NCBI GenBank assembly: GCA_030141605.1 | Contig: JAQGDQ010000019.1 | Location: forward strand, 620,001-684,000 | DNA: 64,000 nt | Reading direction: 5' to 3' | From: Tubiluchus corallicola | Taxonomy: Eukaryota > Animalia > Priapulida | Part shown: in pieces, positions 12,179-27,111 of the stretch | Layout: every line of letters begins with the position of its first letter | Numbering within the stretch: the stretch's first letter is position 1 | Notes under the pieces: model-generated | The model's database searches: none | Seen by the model: only the letters and a program-made list of their open reading frames with translations | Told to the model about the DNA's origin: nothing | Position numbers and translations under genes: made by a program

Positions 12179-14083
12179 TTTTTGAAATCCCCTGACTAAA
12201 GAAACATAATAATTATCGAGATGTTAAATATGGCTTATCAAAGAAACTAATAAACCATGCATTGTGCAACATAATATTATAATCTCTATTTTTTAATCTA
12301 CTATGTCTAACTCTCTACTTTTAGCAGGTGAGTTATGATCGAAAAGGTCCAACCAGGAGTAGCTAGCACTAGTCCTTTTTCATTATTGCTATATTGGTAA
12401 TTAATTAAAAACCATCTGTCTGTTGGTTTCATTCTCCAAAAGGGATCTACTTTATTCTGTCCTATCGGTTAACAACACGTAACACAGTTATACTAAATAC
12501 CATGAATCACCAGTTCAAAGTTAACTCTACGATATAACATTTTGCTGGGAGTGGTTGCAAAACAACCAGCAATAGTACAGAACAATTTATTGCAGCAAAC
12601 TACTTGCTAAATCGACTATAGAGAATATTTGTGTAGAACCAATCCTGAGGGCATGACTGCACTCTCAGAAAGATTGGGTCGAACTCAAAATAAAACACTC
12701 AAGTCTGTCTGTGAATGCCGACAAACGGGTACGTTCTGGGAAACGACATTTCTTATACGTTTTATCCTCACAGCAACAATGACTACCATCTGCTTTTAGG
12801 AAATTTCTGCACGGTACTACTGAAATCATGATAGGAATCTAGAAATTTATGTACCTTTTATGTAGTCATGCTACTTACGAAAATCAACACTGTTGAGTTA
12901 CACTACTATCCCTACTACCAATGCTGCTGTAGCCGCCACTATGACCACCACCACCGCAAAAACAACAACAACTTACTCCTGCTACTGCTACTACTACTAA
13001 TGCCATTACTGTTACTACTGTTTACTACTGCTGCACCTGATATTAATTATCTTAACAATTATGTTTGTAATAGTCACAACACTGGGTGTGTGGTATATAG
13101 ATAATAAGAATGATTATTCTTATTATACACATTACCATGCATTTTAAATATCGATATTACATTAAATTTGTAGTTCACATGATATTACACCATATATATG
13201 AACTACGTATTTTGTATTGAAATAATAAAATCGCCCAGTATGCAACACCATAACAACTTAAAAGATTGTAATAAGAATTAAAAGAATTCATTTCATTTTT
13301 ATGAAAGTTATTCTTATATATGCGAAAATTATCACTTTTCTGACATGTAAGTACATAATGCTAATTATAACTGAAACCCAAATCATTATTTTTAAAACGT
13401 AGGTAATCAATGGCCACAAGCCACCAATCAAATACAACATACATTATTTTGCAACTTCTTTCTTCCTTCATCTATTTTTCTTTTTTATACCGTTTTCTCG
13501 AAAAAGATTCAAGATTCAAAAAGTTACTGTATGACAAACTTAAAAATAGATGAACTTAAAAGAATAAGCAATTATTCATGTACATTTACCTACAAAGCAG
13601 TTCTGTCACATTAAAAGTGTTAGAAGTCCTATAACAAGCAACAATACAAAAACGTTTACAAAATTTAATATTGCCTGTTGTAAAGGTTGTTCTGGATGAC
13701 ATATCTTACAATAAATGATGTCAAGTATAAGCAACAAATACCGGAAAGGATAATGGATAATATTAAGTGACAGCAAAAAGTTGCACCAACCGTTACAATA
13801 TGTGTACCATAACAAACAGATATCCTAAAAATCCTTTAGTCTGCTTAATTGTGCACTTTGCTATAATACAATCAATAAGTACATTTTAGCATGTCTTTTC
13901 TTTTAATGATTACAATTAGTAAAAAGCGTTAACTTAGTTCGATGGTAGCACTACTCTTACATTAGTAATGGTTGAAAATGCTTCGAGTGCTACATTTCAG
14001 GCCTAGTCGTAAATATACATGTACAATTGTCCCAAATATTTCAGAAAGCAGCATTTTACTGCAAGTTAAACAAAATTACTTCC

Positions 14084-17000
14084 TCAATTATATTTCATGT
14101 TTGGCAGGTGAGGCATGCTGTCTGGTGGCACACATCCACTCTTATGCATTTCAGGTGTATATGTCAGTAACACAACCATGACCCAAAAATGTAACAAAAC
14201 CTGAAAAAACAACGTGATATGTACATAGTAGGCATAATATAAAAAATCTGTAAACCATGAATGAATTATAAGAAATGTATTCAACAGGTAGCAGTACTTC
14301 TTTAATCATAACTCAGAAAATGAAATGTAAAGCAGTTAAATGGTTATAAAAATCTACCAAGGAAGACACATACAATACAGTCCTCACTTCACTCATTTAG
14401 CGATGACTAATTTTAAAATCACGATAAACACATTGTATCTCATTGAACAAAGAAATACTTCATTTCAACAATTTTTAACCTTACATAATATTTAATAGCA
14501 CTAGTCTTCAAGGTGCTTTCGGTGTTATCATTGCCTTCTTTACAAGCAATTGCTAACGTAAAACTACGTGTTTTCTGGCATATTGCATGATGCTAAAATA
14601 CGTCTATCCAGTTAAATATTGCATAATTTATTCCTGGTGTTTATCAAGTAGAGATAAGTACACCTGTTCAATTAAAAATTCTGCCATGCATGTTACACAA
14701 CATCACATGTACAGATTACTAGTTGCATTCTTGGCCCAACAAAGGAAGATATGTCTTGTCGGCAAATGTGAAATTTTTGAATAATTTATTGTTTTTTGAT
14801 AAGTGAAATAGGAGCGGTGAAGAGCAGGAGGACTGAAACTCTGAAAATTCCCTAGTACAAAGTAATTTATTTCATATTCGCAAGATTGAGGACGTTTAGT
14901 AAAATTAGATATTGCCATTTCCTATATGGTTATGTTCCATGTTATGCTTGATAGAAAAACAAAGCAATGTCTAATTAAAATATTCCATAATTGTTAATGA
15001 TCACATTTTATGGTATTTACAATGTACGAAACAACAGTTAGTACTACATCATATCAGGCTTTGCTGTATTTACATGCCTACAGAGCCTTTTACATATTAA
15101 TAAAGTAGTTACATGATTAGTAAATGACGGTTGCATGACCAAAGAATAAATATATGATTTCATGATATATTACATGCTATGAAAAGTAATTATATGTTAT
15201 ATGTCTATATGTTGGATTATCCTAGAAAAGGAGCATCCTGGTGATAGTACAGTATGGGCCAGCAACACTATGCCAACTCAAAGGGTAAAAATTAGCCCTT
15301 GGATTTTATAGATAAAAAGTATTACCTATGACTAGGCCACTGTACAGCCTATTCAAGGTTAATTATTTGGAATGGCTAATTAATTAGGCCCAAAGATACT
15401 CTGTTCATATAGCATCCAGCTACAGATACAGGCAACCAGGTTGCTAAGGTACATAGAACATGGTATCTCAAAGAAAAACTAAACTGAGGCATAGTTCTCA
15501 ACATGCATGTTCAGGAAGTATCACCAACATGCAACAATGTGACTTACATGGGTGTTACAAGGATACCAAATGGGAACCTATGCACATGTTTGAAATTTGA
15601 ACCATAAAATTTAACAAATTATTGTATTGTATTATGCAATAAACAGCTTCAAAACTATTGTTAATCCAAATTATGCAACACTATTACAGTAAATAAGTAT
15701 TATTTTTGTTTAATGAAGAATAATAATTGCATGCATGCCAAGCTCTGTTTTATCACGTGTGGGTTTAATGCATAAACACTGAGAATAAGAAGTACTCTAG
15801 CAAAAGTTTTTGACACTACACTTTTAATTCTTTATCTTTCTAAACAATAGCCGAAAAATTTTTCACTTTTATGTTTCAGCTTTTTTATTTGACATTTCAG
15901 AGATGGCACTATATAAATTCACCGCTATTTTTAGCCAAATTCGAAAAACCATTTTGCGATAAGGACAAATTTTTAAGCCAGTCAGGTTAGCATTGTGAGG
16001 AACCATCCCTGCCAGCAGAGGTGGTAGTGCACTTAATCTCATCTCACTAAATAAAAAATTAGCACCTTATTAGCCAATTTTACTGAATGCATGGAGAAAA
16101 ATAAGAACATGAAAACCTTACCATGTAAAAAATAACGAATGATCGTGCTATGGGATATCGCCTCAAAAATATGCCTAGCCTCACACTGTAAAAGTACAAT
16201 GATAGTTTTGTGTAAACAAAGTATGTTAAAGCTCTATTAATTTTAAATCAAAAGGAAAAACTTGCACAAATAAAAGGACTTTCATAAAAGTGCGAAAAAT
16301 GCTTTATCCAACTAAAATTTTTCTACACATTTACTAGCAAAATAGTTGAAGTTGACGGAATACACGATCAGTTTCATTACAGCTTTACTAGAGATGATGA
16401 AAATACTTGTACCTGAATTTGTCTATGGAAGTATAGGCTTTTTTAACACTTTTAGCAACTTTGTTGTCATGAGGATTTTCCTTAAAAAGAGAAGGCACGC
16501 GAGAACGAAGTCCATCATCATCATCATTTATATGTACAGCAGCTGATGTAGCCCGCATCAGTGATTTCTCTGCTTCTCTATACTGTGACTAAAAAGAAGA
16601 AAAATCTTGTACAGTTAGTTAAGTCTTGTCTAAATTGATTACCATGGGCTGTAAAATTAATGTGTGCTGGAAATTTATGTCTTGCGAGGAAGACCGTGCA
16701 CGATTATTTTAAGCACAAAAGTTCCACTATTGGTTCCTTGAAGGATGTTGGCTTCCTTTGCTAGTGAGTAGGCCCACAGGTAACAAATTTATAAAACCAC
16801 TGTTAGTTGAGCTAACAAAACCACATTTAGCTATGCCAACACATGTTAGTGATCAGCAAACAGACAGCACTGCTTATAACAGCATCTTAATGCTTAATGC
16901 TTAAATCTTTAATGCTTAAAACAGATGACGGCCATCTTTTTTAGACTTACCTTTAAGCACTAAATCTTGATTACTGCACTTGCACTCTCTAAATGAAGAA

Positions 17001-20000
17001 CACTACTTAACCCAAATCACGGCAAAGTTATTACTTTGCTTTGCCCAACTAAACTGATAGCAGGCAGTAAGACATGTAGATAAGGTAGCCCAAGATGATT
17101 CATAGCTTTCCGACATTTAGATAAAAAAAGTTCCTCTGGTTGAAAAAGTTTCTCTTATGTTACATAGTTAACTACTGCATTCACCTCACTTGCATTTCAG
17201 TTGTCACAAAGACAACACTGAAAATGAACCTGATGGAAAATGCAGCTCGAAAGTAACATAGCAAACATAGTATTATAAAGATGTGCTTGCTGAAAATATT
17301 TAAGCAACCAGCCTTAGATTTTTTTATGAAAAAACAAAAGGAGAAAGAAAGGGAGGAAAAAAGATTCAAATTTAGTTCTAGTTTTCGTACTTTAGTTACT
17401 CAATAGCTTTTTAATGAACAAATACATAATGTAGAACTGTAAGTAATAAACCCTATATAAGAGTAAAGTGTTATTGGTTTTTCTCCTGCAACATAACTGA
17501 ATGCTTTTTACATTATTTCTTATGGAGAGCATTATTTGTTTAGGGATGTTTTGCTTAGCAACATATTTTGCTGGGCATATTACAGACGTTAGGTGAGGAA
17601 TTACTGTATTACAACAGCACAATAACGAATAACCAGTCAATAATTATAAATGCAAACGTTGAAAGAAAATTGTCATCATTTGGCCTAAAGGCAGCGTTGT
17701 TTCGTAGCACAGTGATAATACGTATTTTGTTAACACTTACATAATTTAGTTGCTCAGTTGTTTAAATTACATTAGACAATGCATAATTCCAAGCCATTTA
17801 CCAATTGCTAGACATACTGCACGATTTGCTTGAAATGATGTGTCACAAAAATATCATCTTGCAAACAAGGTTTTAAAGTTTAGCTCGTAAAAATTTAGCT
17901 GGTATTTTTTTCCAGTGTACAGAATTATTCAGTGGAATAATATACTGAAAGATCTGATAGTCATTAATTAAATAACTATAAGTACACCGTCAAGGTAAAA
18001 GAAGAAAATATTGTTTGCTACCTAGCAATAAACTCAAATCCTTCTAATGCTTGACAATACGACTGGCAATCAAAATGTCATGAATTCAATTACCGGACTG
18101 CACAAATTTTATAGAACCGAATTAATTGTTAAATTAAAGCAGTAATAACAGGCACCTAAAATCTATTCATAAATCAATAAGACAACAAGCTCAAATCACA
18201 CTGTCAACAATGCAATGAAAGCAGCGAATAGTTATACCTCCATACGTTCTAGCTGCAATACCAAGGAATTCTTCTCTGTACTTAGTGCTTCTAACATTGT
18301 CTGTTTCTGGATTAGACTCTCAGTAAGGGAATGTACCCGAGCTTCTAACTCGCACTCTGAATTACTACTAGCATATTTAGCTGTCAACTGAAACACATTA
18401 GTCAAATTTCTTTAGTTTATGTCAAAAAAATATGTGATTATAATTTCTCTAATTTAGGTACCACCAAATCTAAGCTAAAGATACATTTTTACTTAGTAGC
18501 TGATGAGAAAACTTAAGACTAGCACAGTTACGACAAATTACCTAACTTAATGAATATGGTTTTATAATGCTTCGACATTCTATGAATAAACACATTCCTA
18601 AGGTCTAGTTTCGTGTAGATTAATTAAATTAAATTAGTTTGAAGTTGCATTTATAAATAATTTATGAAAGCAACCTGATTTCGTAGACGTTCAATTTCTT
18701 GATCACGATCCTGTATGCGTGACTGCATCAGCAACTTGTGTTTTCTCAGCTCTTCTGTTAAGTACTTGCCCTCCTCCTTCTGTTGGAAAAGATCATGTTC
18801 CACCTCATCCAACTTTCGTTTTTCCTCTGTCAACTGGTCATCCAAGCTTCGAATGTGATCCTGATAGGAGTCAGAATCAAGCTGCGTCTGACCTTCCATA
18901 TCCTAAAATAAAAAGCCAATTGCACACTATAAAATTTTGAGGCAGTTACATAGACAGAAAATATTTCTTTTTAATACAGAACTCAAAAAACCAAACAAAT
19001 TAATTGTTAATAAAAAGTATCCCGACAAAAATATAAAGTGATTAACGGCTATAAAAACCAGCTTGGCCTTTACCAAAGGTATAGTAAAAAATATCTGTTG
19101 GCAACTCTGTTAAGTTGTTGCCCAATTTACTTAAACAGCTAACGTATGTTCTGGAACAAGACTGTTTCATCAGTCTTGGTTTTTCCAGCTTTTTTGGAGC
19201 CTGAACACAAAATAATTCTCCTAACTGGATTCTTTTGCAGCACATCAGTTATTACAAGCAGTCACAACAAGTTGCCAGTAGCAACCAATTACAAGTCTCT
19301 GGTGGAAAGTAAATGTATTCAAACCTGTAATTCTGCTCGTAGAGATTCAACAGTCATATTGAGCTGCTGTAACTCTTCTCTTGCCAAATCTCTCTCCTGC
19401 TTCAGTTCCTCCATTTCAGCAGTGTTCAGGACCGAGCTTTCACCACCCATCCCTGCACTATCTTTCAAACTAGTTATCAACTTGTCTTTTGACTAAATAT
19501 ATATTATAAATAAATAATTTAGTTTACACTACTTTGTGAGGCATGCTTATATTTGGTATTAAACAATAGTAATTTGTTTTTTAAATTTAGACGAATATGA
19601 TGTTAAGTATTTATTAATATCAGAAAATGTCATTGAAAACATAGATAAATTACATTAAGGACTATAATGACCATAACAATAAACATCATTAAATGAATAA
19701 AAACAGTAAAAAAAACTTGAAATACAGATGAAATGATGGTCAGTTTTGTGGGAAGGACTAAATTTGATACTGTAAGACTAAATTTTGATCAATTTTTATG
19801 ATTAACAACCAATATTGAAAAACATGTGTACAATGACACATACACTGTATATTATAAAAATTGATCATACCTGCAGAATTCTTTGGGCTTTCTGTTTGTA
19901 ATCATTTAGCTCCTGACGAACAGCTTCAGTACTGGATTTGTTTTGTCTTAGCTCGCGTGTCAGGTCAGTCACTTTTGCTAAATTAGAAAATAGCATCAAT

Positions 20001-23000
20001 GTTAAACGAATGAATGATATCTAAAACAACATTAGATGAGTGGTAATTGTTCTTTGGTAAAATAAGTTGGAAAAATTACAGAAAGATGTATAGGGCAAAA
20101 TAATTTAGCTGAATGGTCACGAGAGAACATAAGCAACACTAAAGTTAGTCAGCAAATGGGTGGGCAACCACCAGAATTGGTGCATCTGAACTGCTGCCAT
20201 TTCTGTTGTTGCTGTAATCGTCGTCGCTATGTCTTTTGTTTGTTTGATTACTGAATGCCGTTTATTGTCATTGTTGTTGTTGTTGAAGATAATGAAAAAG
20301 AAAAAGAACTGTGGTAGCAATGAAGAAGATGACGATGATACTGTCATTACACTACTGCGTAGAATAGTTCCCCTCCAATGTATGCTCCAAAATTATGCAT
20401 GGCTTTGTTAGTCAACCAGTAAATTAATTAAATGGCTAACCAAATAAAAGATAACTTGTTAAAAGTAACATTTTAAACCATTTTAAAGCAAATTTACACA
20501 TTAGTCTACAAATACTGAAGGATGGGAATCACTAATGCCATACAAAGTTACCTCGCTCATCTGCAAGCTTTTTCTCAAGATCAGCAGCTGCAGCAGCAAT
20601 GCTCTGTTTTTCACTCGATACTTGATTAAATGTTTCCATTGATTCAATCTGGTTATAAGTTATACATGCAAAGTCATTAATAGGGCATCATAACTGTAAC
20701 TGGTGGCTATTGAAAACAGGTTTGAAACAAGCAAAAATGAGTTTTATACACATAATTAGCTTAAATTTTAATTATAAAATAACAATGTGATATGTTAGTA
20801 CAGAAGATTTATCCAAGAAAACAATACATGAATGTATTTAAAGAAACACATTTTATGAAGTACTTAGCAATTCTAAAATTTGTAAAGCAAAAAAAATACT
20901 GATAGATATGGGAAAAGCAAAAATGGTACATACAGATAACTTCTGATACGACTCCTGAGAGTGTTTCAAGTTAGCCTCAACTTCTTGCAGTTTCTCACGA
21001 AGTGTGTCTAGTGCCTGACTGTGTATTCCACTTGAATCTGAATGATCTTTCAAAATTCTGCAAAAACCACAGAACTCTTAAGCAGGATATGTAAGGTAAT
21101 AACACACAGAATGCTTTGTGTACGTCAGATTAAATTTGTTCTTTAAGTTCACAGCTTGAACATAAAAGCATTATTTATAATAGTAATTAATACTAGCCAC
21201 GTAGTTATTTTCACATCAAACTGTATGAAAATATGTTATGTTTCATTTATGTGTTAATCCATAAACATTATATATGCAATAAATCTCCAACTTATAAAAA
21301 GTAATGTGCAGTAATTAATTAATAATTAACAGTAATGTAAATTACTTTTAATATATAATAATAGTAATAGTAATTTATATACAAGATATAAATAGTAGTT
21401 AAGTTTAACTTGTACTGTAAATTAGAAGTGTTTTGAAAAAATCACCACCATTACCTTTCTCTTTCTCCCTGAAGCTGCTCTAGATGTTGTCGTTTTGAAG
21501 AAAGCTCTGAATCTGCTTCTTGCAAGCGCACTCGTAACACAGCCAGCTGAGAATCTTTTGCACTTAGTGCTTCTATGAGATCGTTATTCTGTGACATTAG
21601 TTCTCTCACTTGCTTATCTTTTTCAGTCAATTGTACATTCAACTGGTTTGCTTTCTTTTTCTCTTTTGTCACGTCTACAAAATTTAAACGATAAAAAGTA
21701 GTTAAATATAAAATCCTGGAGACTTTAAGCCTCAACAAATGTTCATAATTTTTCAAAAAATTTTGCTGACAATTAACAAAGTTTTCAAAATTCCATCACC
21801 ACCAAAAGCTAATCACAGTGTATAATTTACATCATATGACTAAACCATGTTTTTTTATTGTATTCTCTATATTGCACTCTAATATAGTGTACATAATGAG
21901 TTTTTAAACTCATCATCTGGAAATAATCTTGTCCAAGTTCTTTTGTAACTTAAGCCTTTCGTGCATAATTTGGAGAATTTTCGTGTTAGAAGACAAGAAT
22001 GACACGTAATAGTATAGTCTTCCCCTTTTAAATGTTCACAGATCTTTACAACTATATGTGCTGATCATTGAGCCTATTCATTCATAAGCACAAGTCTCAA
22101 CTTGCTAAGAAGAACACAAGGTAAACAACCAAAATGGTAATACCTAGGCTTTAACATTGTGATAACAACTTTTGCTGGCCCATTTCACATTCTGTTTTCT
22201 TTATTAGAGACAACAGGGTATTGTGGAAGCCATACCAACCAGTGAGGTCTCTTCCTTAAAGGGCAACACAAAACTGGAAGACACAGTGTAAGTCCCTAAA
22301 CTTGTGACCACTGGACTGAATTGCAAATCAGAACATGTAAGTTAACTTATCTGGGGCTTATATCTATTGACTGGGTGTATAACTGACAGCTGTACAAGAT
22401 AGAGAAAGCTAAATAAAACCAACCTAACTCTGCACTCTCAAAAACTTTTAAACATAAATCTGCATAATAGACTCTCTGTCTTACAACACCTTATATGTAG
22501 AATAGTGCCATCTAGATAATTAACTTCAAATTTAGTTTGCAAATATTATTCTCCTGTAAAAAATTTATATGTCACAAAAATGAACAATACAAAAACCTCG
22601 TTCAGCATTTTTTGCTCTTTGAACAGCAGTTGTTATTTCTTGGTTTAAGGACCCAACTTCATTTCGCAAAAGCTGATTTTCCAATTCTAAAGCAGATATT
22701 CGCTGTGATAGATTTTCATCAGCAGCACTGTTAGTTTCAGAAACACCTATTGTAGCAATAGTTTCTGAATGGTCGACTGCAGGTCGTCCTGCAAATAAAT
22801 CTGCATCATGTGATCCTTCCATGCTTGTGTCCATTCCTAAGATTTAAAGAATAAGCAGAACAATTAAAGCAGGTTCTGTAGCAATTAAACAATTTGAAAA
22901 CAAATAAAAAACATAAAAGATACAAACTACTGTTCGATAAAAAATAGACTAAGTTACCGAATAACATGTGTTTTACATTGGCAGCAAAAACAGTACAAGT

Positions 23001-23890
23001 GTGATCATACAAACAATGACAATACACGGAGCAGATATAAATGGATGATTTTCCAGTACACTGGCTGATGTAGCATTACTGATTTTAGATGCTAATAGTC
23101 CGTTTACTTTTTAAATACAGTTCCACTCACTGCAAACCTGAATCCAGAATTCAACAACTAGGTCTGCTTAATGTAGACAGTTGTGACAAGACTGACGTCT
23201 CACTTATTATAAAGGATACACCTCTAAGATGAGATAATAAACGAGCAGAGACTGTCTTAGCCAGTTAGAGGCACCAGTTAGTAGTGATATACCAAGAGTA
23301 GCAGGACTGTACAGTGTACATGCTTGACATTAGATATATGTTAAAGTTTAGAGTCTGTCACCTTTTTAAATTCAAACACTGTTCTAGTAACAAGTACAAT
23401 CCCCTAAAATGTACATAACTATAGAATTGCAATAAATATGAAAACTGTAGAAACCTGAAGTTGTAGCTGTTACAGGCTCTGATTTTCCACTTCTCATAGA
23501 TCCAATAGAAGAGATACTTGAGTGACGGGAATGACCAGTGGAGGAATGTCCGTTAAACTGTTGAGTTGGAGCACTAACTTTTCTGCTGGGAATCACTGGT
23601 TCTGAGCTGTTCAAAAACTCAAACAATTTTTCGTCTTGGTCCTTTTGTTGTACTTTTACCTTACTGTTGTGCACAGGTTTCACAGATACCTCTTGCACTT
23701 TTTTAGTCAATTTGCCCACAGGGACCTCGGCTAGTCGATTAGCCGATATATAAGTATTGTGCGATGTCGTATGTGATGTTACTTCAATGAGAGGAGTGTT
23801 ACTTTGCTGACTAGCACCTTGTAGTGCAACGGCAGCTCCCTGGTCGACCTTATTTAGTAAGTCTTCTGCCTTAGTCAGCAGCCATGCCAT
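14084..23890 (-). CDS. GOLGA5: Golgin-84 / golgin subfamily A member 5, 12 coding exons, 708 aa
   Basis: Exons (minus): 23890-23455, 22836-22597, 21674-21455, 21057-20934, 20648-20552, 19977-19871, 19492-19325, 18902-18675, 18387-18238, 16588-16413, 16185-16122, 14200-14084. Total 2127 nt, in phase. Motifs: N-terminal MAWLLTKAEDLLNKVDQGAA; coiled-coil AKDSQLAVLRVRLQEAD, ELNDYKQKAQRILQSKDKLI, LTESLIQKQTMLEALSTEKNSL; C-terminal TM region RLGIFLRRYPIARSFVIFYMVLLHFWVMVVLLTYTPEMH. Confidence 0.96.
23116..23311. mobile_element. Small TA-flanked MITE (Tc1/mariner/pogo-like) in a GOLGA5 intron
   Basis: TACAGT...ACTGTA termini with imperfect internal inverted symmetry (AAGAC..TTATTAT / ATAATAA..GTCTT). 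Confidence 0.4.
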
Positions 23891-25255
23891 GATGCTGCAT
23901 TACTATCACACAATATAAAACTGGTGCATCACTTCACAGATAGCCTGCAATTGTTAATAAAACAAAATGTTTTAACACGCTATCAAGCTAGCACAATGCA
24001 GCAATTAAGATGCCCAGCTGCTACATCTATTACATCTCTCAACAAAGTAAAAGAAATTTAGTTTTTGAAGTTCGAAACAAAGTTTTTATTATTATCGCAT
24101 TCTGTACAGTAATGCAGTCATTGCAAAAGAGACAAACTATCACTATTATTACATCATACAGAAATATGTCTCATATACAATCATTATTATAAAAGGAGTA
24201 ATTGTACTGCAGTGGGCTAAGGAAGCTAAGCTTCATTAAATTCACCTAAAAATAGATTATGAGCTATTTCAGGATGCCTCCAAATTAATCAGTTCTATAT
24301 CACCGTTATAATCACACAAATAAGTAAGACATTGAATGGATATAGTAAGTATGCCTAAGTACCAGGCAATCATGGTGGTGACGTGATGCAACTATTTAAG
24401 CTGTCGGGAGGGAGCAGGACACTAGCCTAAGTAGAACAAAGAGATAGGTCACGAATTGAGTCGTTAACTGTAGTGTCAGCATCCATTGTCCTTGTTTATT
24501 TAATAACATTAATAATAATTGAAAAAGTCAATGCATCATACAATTTATTACACATTTGATAAAATAAAAGAATCTTATTCTGAGCTAGTCGAACAAGCAT
24601 AACTAAATTTGGCTTTGAGATTAATCTTTTTGAAGTGAAATGAGCCCATTTTTTAGGTGATTCCAACATTTAGTTAAGGTATATCATTTTTTGTCTGGCT
24701 TCACAGACAGGTGATCCATTTCACTGTGAACAAAGTGTACAAAATACGTGTTAATTGATCTTGCAAACTGGCACTTTTTATTGATGTCAGTTTGCTCACT
24801 GATTTGGTGAAGAGGATCGTGTGTATCCACGGTATGACGCCAAACGGACAGCAACTCGGCCAACAAGCACAATTTTTAATAAAATGAAATAACTTTCACA
24901 GATTTTTAAAAAGTTGACAAAATTCTCAATGTAAAGTTAAAAGAGTGAGAGAAATTGCCAGTGCCCTGCCCATGTATGACACTGGTTTTCCACAAATTTA
25001 GCGCATGCGCTTTATTGCAAGTGTCCTACTTCGGCTAGTGGCGTACTCCGCGCCCGACAAAAGCAATACTTTTGAGTTACAGAAATAGCCTAAAATATGG
25101 CAGAAATATTTGGACAACTTATGATAACTATTTATAGGATATCTTCAAATAAATTCACATTCACCCTTGTAAATCACTAGTATAAGTATGATCGTGCTTG
25201 TAATTCGAAGGTGACCATTACCACCCAATCTAAAGATCTGTTTAAATGCACTTAC

Positions 25256-25315
25256 AGTGTCTTGGAGGCATTTTGTTGTTGCAAAGGAAGTACATAAGTG
25301 CCCTTATAACACTGT
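25256..25315 (-). other. Candidate non-coding 5' UTR exon of GOLGA5
   Basis: GTAAGT donor at 25255 and TTTTTACAG acceptor ending at 25316. The ATG-containing GOLGA5 exon is preceded by a TTGCAG acceptor ending at 23945, suggesting an upstream exon. Confidence 0.4.
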
Positions 25316-26939
25316 CTGTAAAAATGGATAATGAGAAAAAGTCAAAGCAGCAAATAAAAACCTAAACCAATACGGAAAGAACTACAATTTGTAAACAAAC
25401 TTGATCGATGCTGATCTGCAATGTCTGCCATGTACGTGGCTTTCCTGCGAAGATTCGATTCAGATTTTAGATTCCTAATTCAGATATAGTTTATTACCAT
25501 GGCATTATGCTAAACATCATAAATTAGTACAATATCATTAAGTTGTTTAAATGTGGGAAAAGGATGGTGAAAGACCGAAAGAAGTCATTAAGTCAAACTA
25601 AAAATTACACGTTTTTAAATGCACATTAATAAACTACACTTAAGTTATAATAGTACCTTGTTCCTTTATGATATCAACTGGACATTGTTGGTTGATGCGC
25701 AGGGCACGTTGACGTTACACATCATTCCAGTTTAGTTTTTTGAGCTTTTGGAATTAACAATAATTGAGGATAGAAGATCATCCTTATTCAGTGGAGTTAA
25801 TAAGATTACAAATGACTGCAAATAAAAAAATGAAGCGAATTTCAAGTAATCAAATTAAACTGCAAAGTAATTCATGAATTTCAAGCAGTCAGGAAAAGGG
25901 TAAGAGCAAAATATAATAATCAACTTATTCAAGCAAATAAACCATGTAATGCTAACTGTGTAGGAGCAAAACCACACAGTTGCTGCTAAAATGTTGGAGC
26001 GAATTTTGGTATCATTATAATAATTATATGATAACAATTCATTCAACGAAGTATTAAATAATCCATTGATCAACAAGAACTAAACCAAACAATGCAAACA
26101 AAATAAAAAGAAAAGGCAATATGTAATTTGAAGCAAAAGCAAATTAAACAAAATAAACAGGGCGGGTATTAATGCTAGTTACATATATGCCTACATTCAA
26201 ATTATATGGGAAAAACCTAATAGTTCTTGGTCAGTTAATTAATCAATTTGCAAAATAAGCCATGCACAGCAATTAATGAGAAAAACAATATCAAACCAAT
26301 AAAAGCAAAATAGGTCAATTATATGCTGCATTAAAAATTTGCAAGACAAAATTAGTTTTTGACCAATTTGATCAAACTGCAAAATAAACCGTGCAAAACA
26401 AATAATGCAAAAAAATCAATAACTAAAACAAAATAAACAACCCCAGGCAGTTTAATCAGATGTTGCGATTAATTAAAGCAATATTTTCATACGCCTAAAA
26501 AAAGAACCACACTTCACATTAATTTTTTTTATTTTATTGATTACTTTTGTAACTTAACTACAACGAAGGCAAAGGCGGAGTTTTCAATCCTTTATATGTA
26601 CGTCTGCCGACTGTGTAAGCCTTTTTCCTTTTTTCAAAATTACGGCTGTATAGAAATAAACTCAATGTAAGGATGACGTAACTTTAAACAACAAATATGT
26701 CAGCTTCCATGGCTTGTTGATTTTGTGTTTTTCGCTGACCAAAACATGTTGATTTTGAGGAGATAATTAAAGATCTTTGTTCTTTTATAGATAACACTGA
26801 ACGTTTAAACAAGCGGTCATCAATACAGTCAGTGTTGGAGTCACATCACCGTGAACTCTTTATTTTTGGTTTTTGTAAAAAAATTCCTTTGTGATAAAAA
26901 AAACTCCTATTGTGTTCATTGAGGCATTTGCTCGAACAT

Positions 26940-27042
26940 TTTGTCGGTGGACATTGATGTGGATGTGGACTTTTTCGCTTAGTATGAAATATTGTTTTCT
27001 TATATCTATAAACGTCATTTTCTGTCGTTTCATGAGCTTTAG
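26940..27042 (+). other. Candidate non-coding first exon of DPH6 (5' boundary uncertain)
   Basis: Perfect AG|GTAAGT donor at 27043. The ATG-containing DPH6 exon has a strong acceptor TTTTTATTTACAG ending at 32743. Confidence 0.45.
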
Positions 27043-27048
27043 GTAAGT

Positions 27049-27051
<3 letters not shown>

Positions 27052-27109
<58 letters not shown>
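27052..27109. repeat. (AG)n microsatellite
   Basis: Uninterrupted AG dinucleotide run, directly visible. Confidence 0.97.

Positions 27110-27111
<2 letters not shown>

Noticed and set aside
15898-16011. hAT-type MITE with CAGAGATGG/CCATCCCTG ends
   Set aside because: Only a 9-bp imperfect inverted match and no 8-bp TSD.
18719-19496. Plus-strand ORFs of 73 and 116 aa
   Set aside because: Antisense shadows of GOLGA5 exons 7 and 8.
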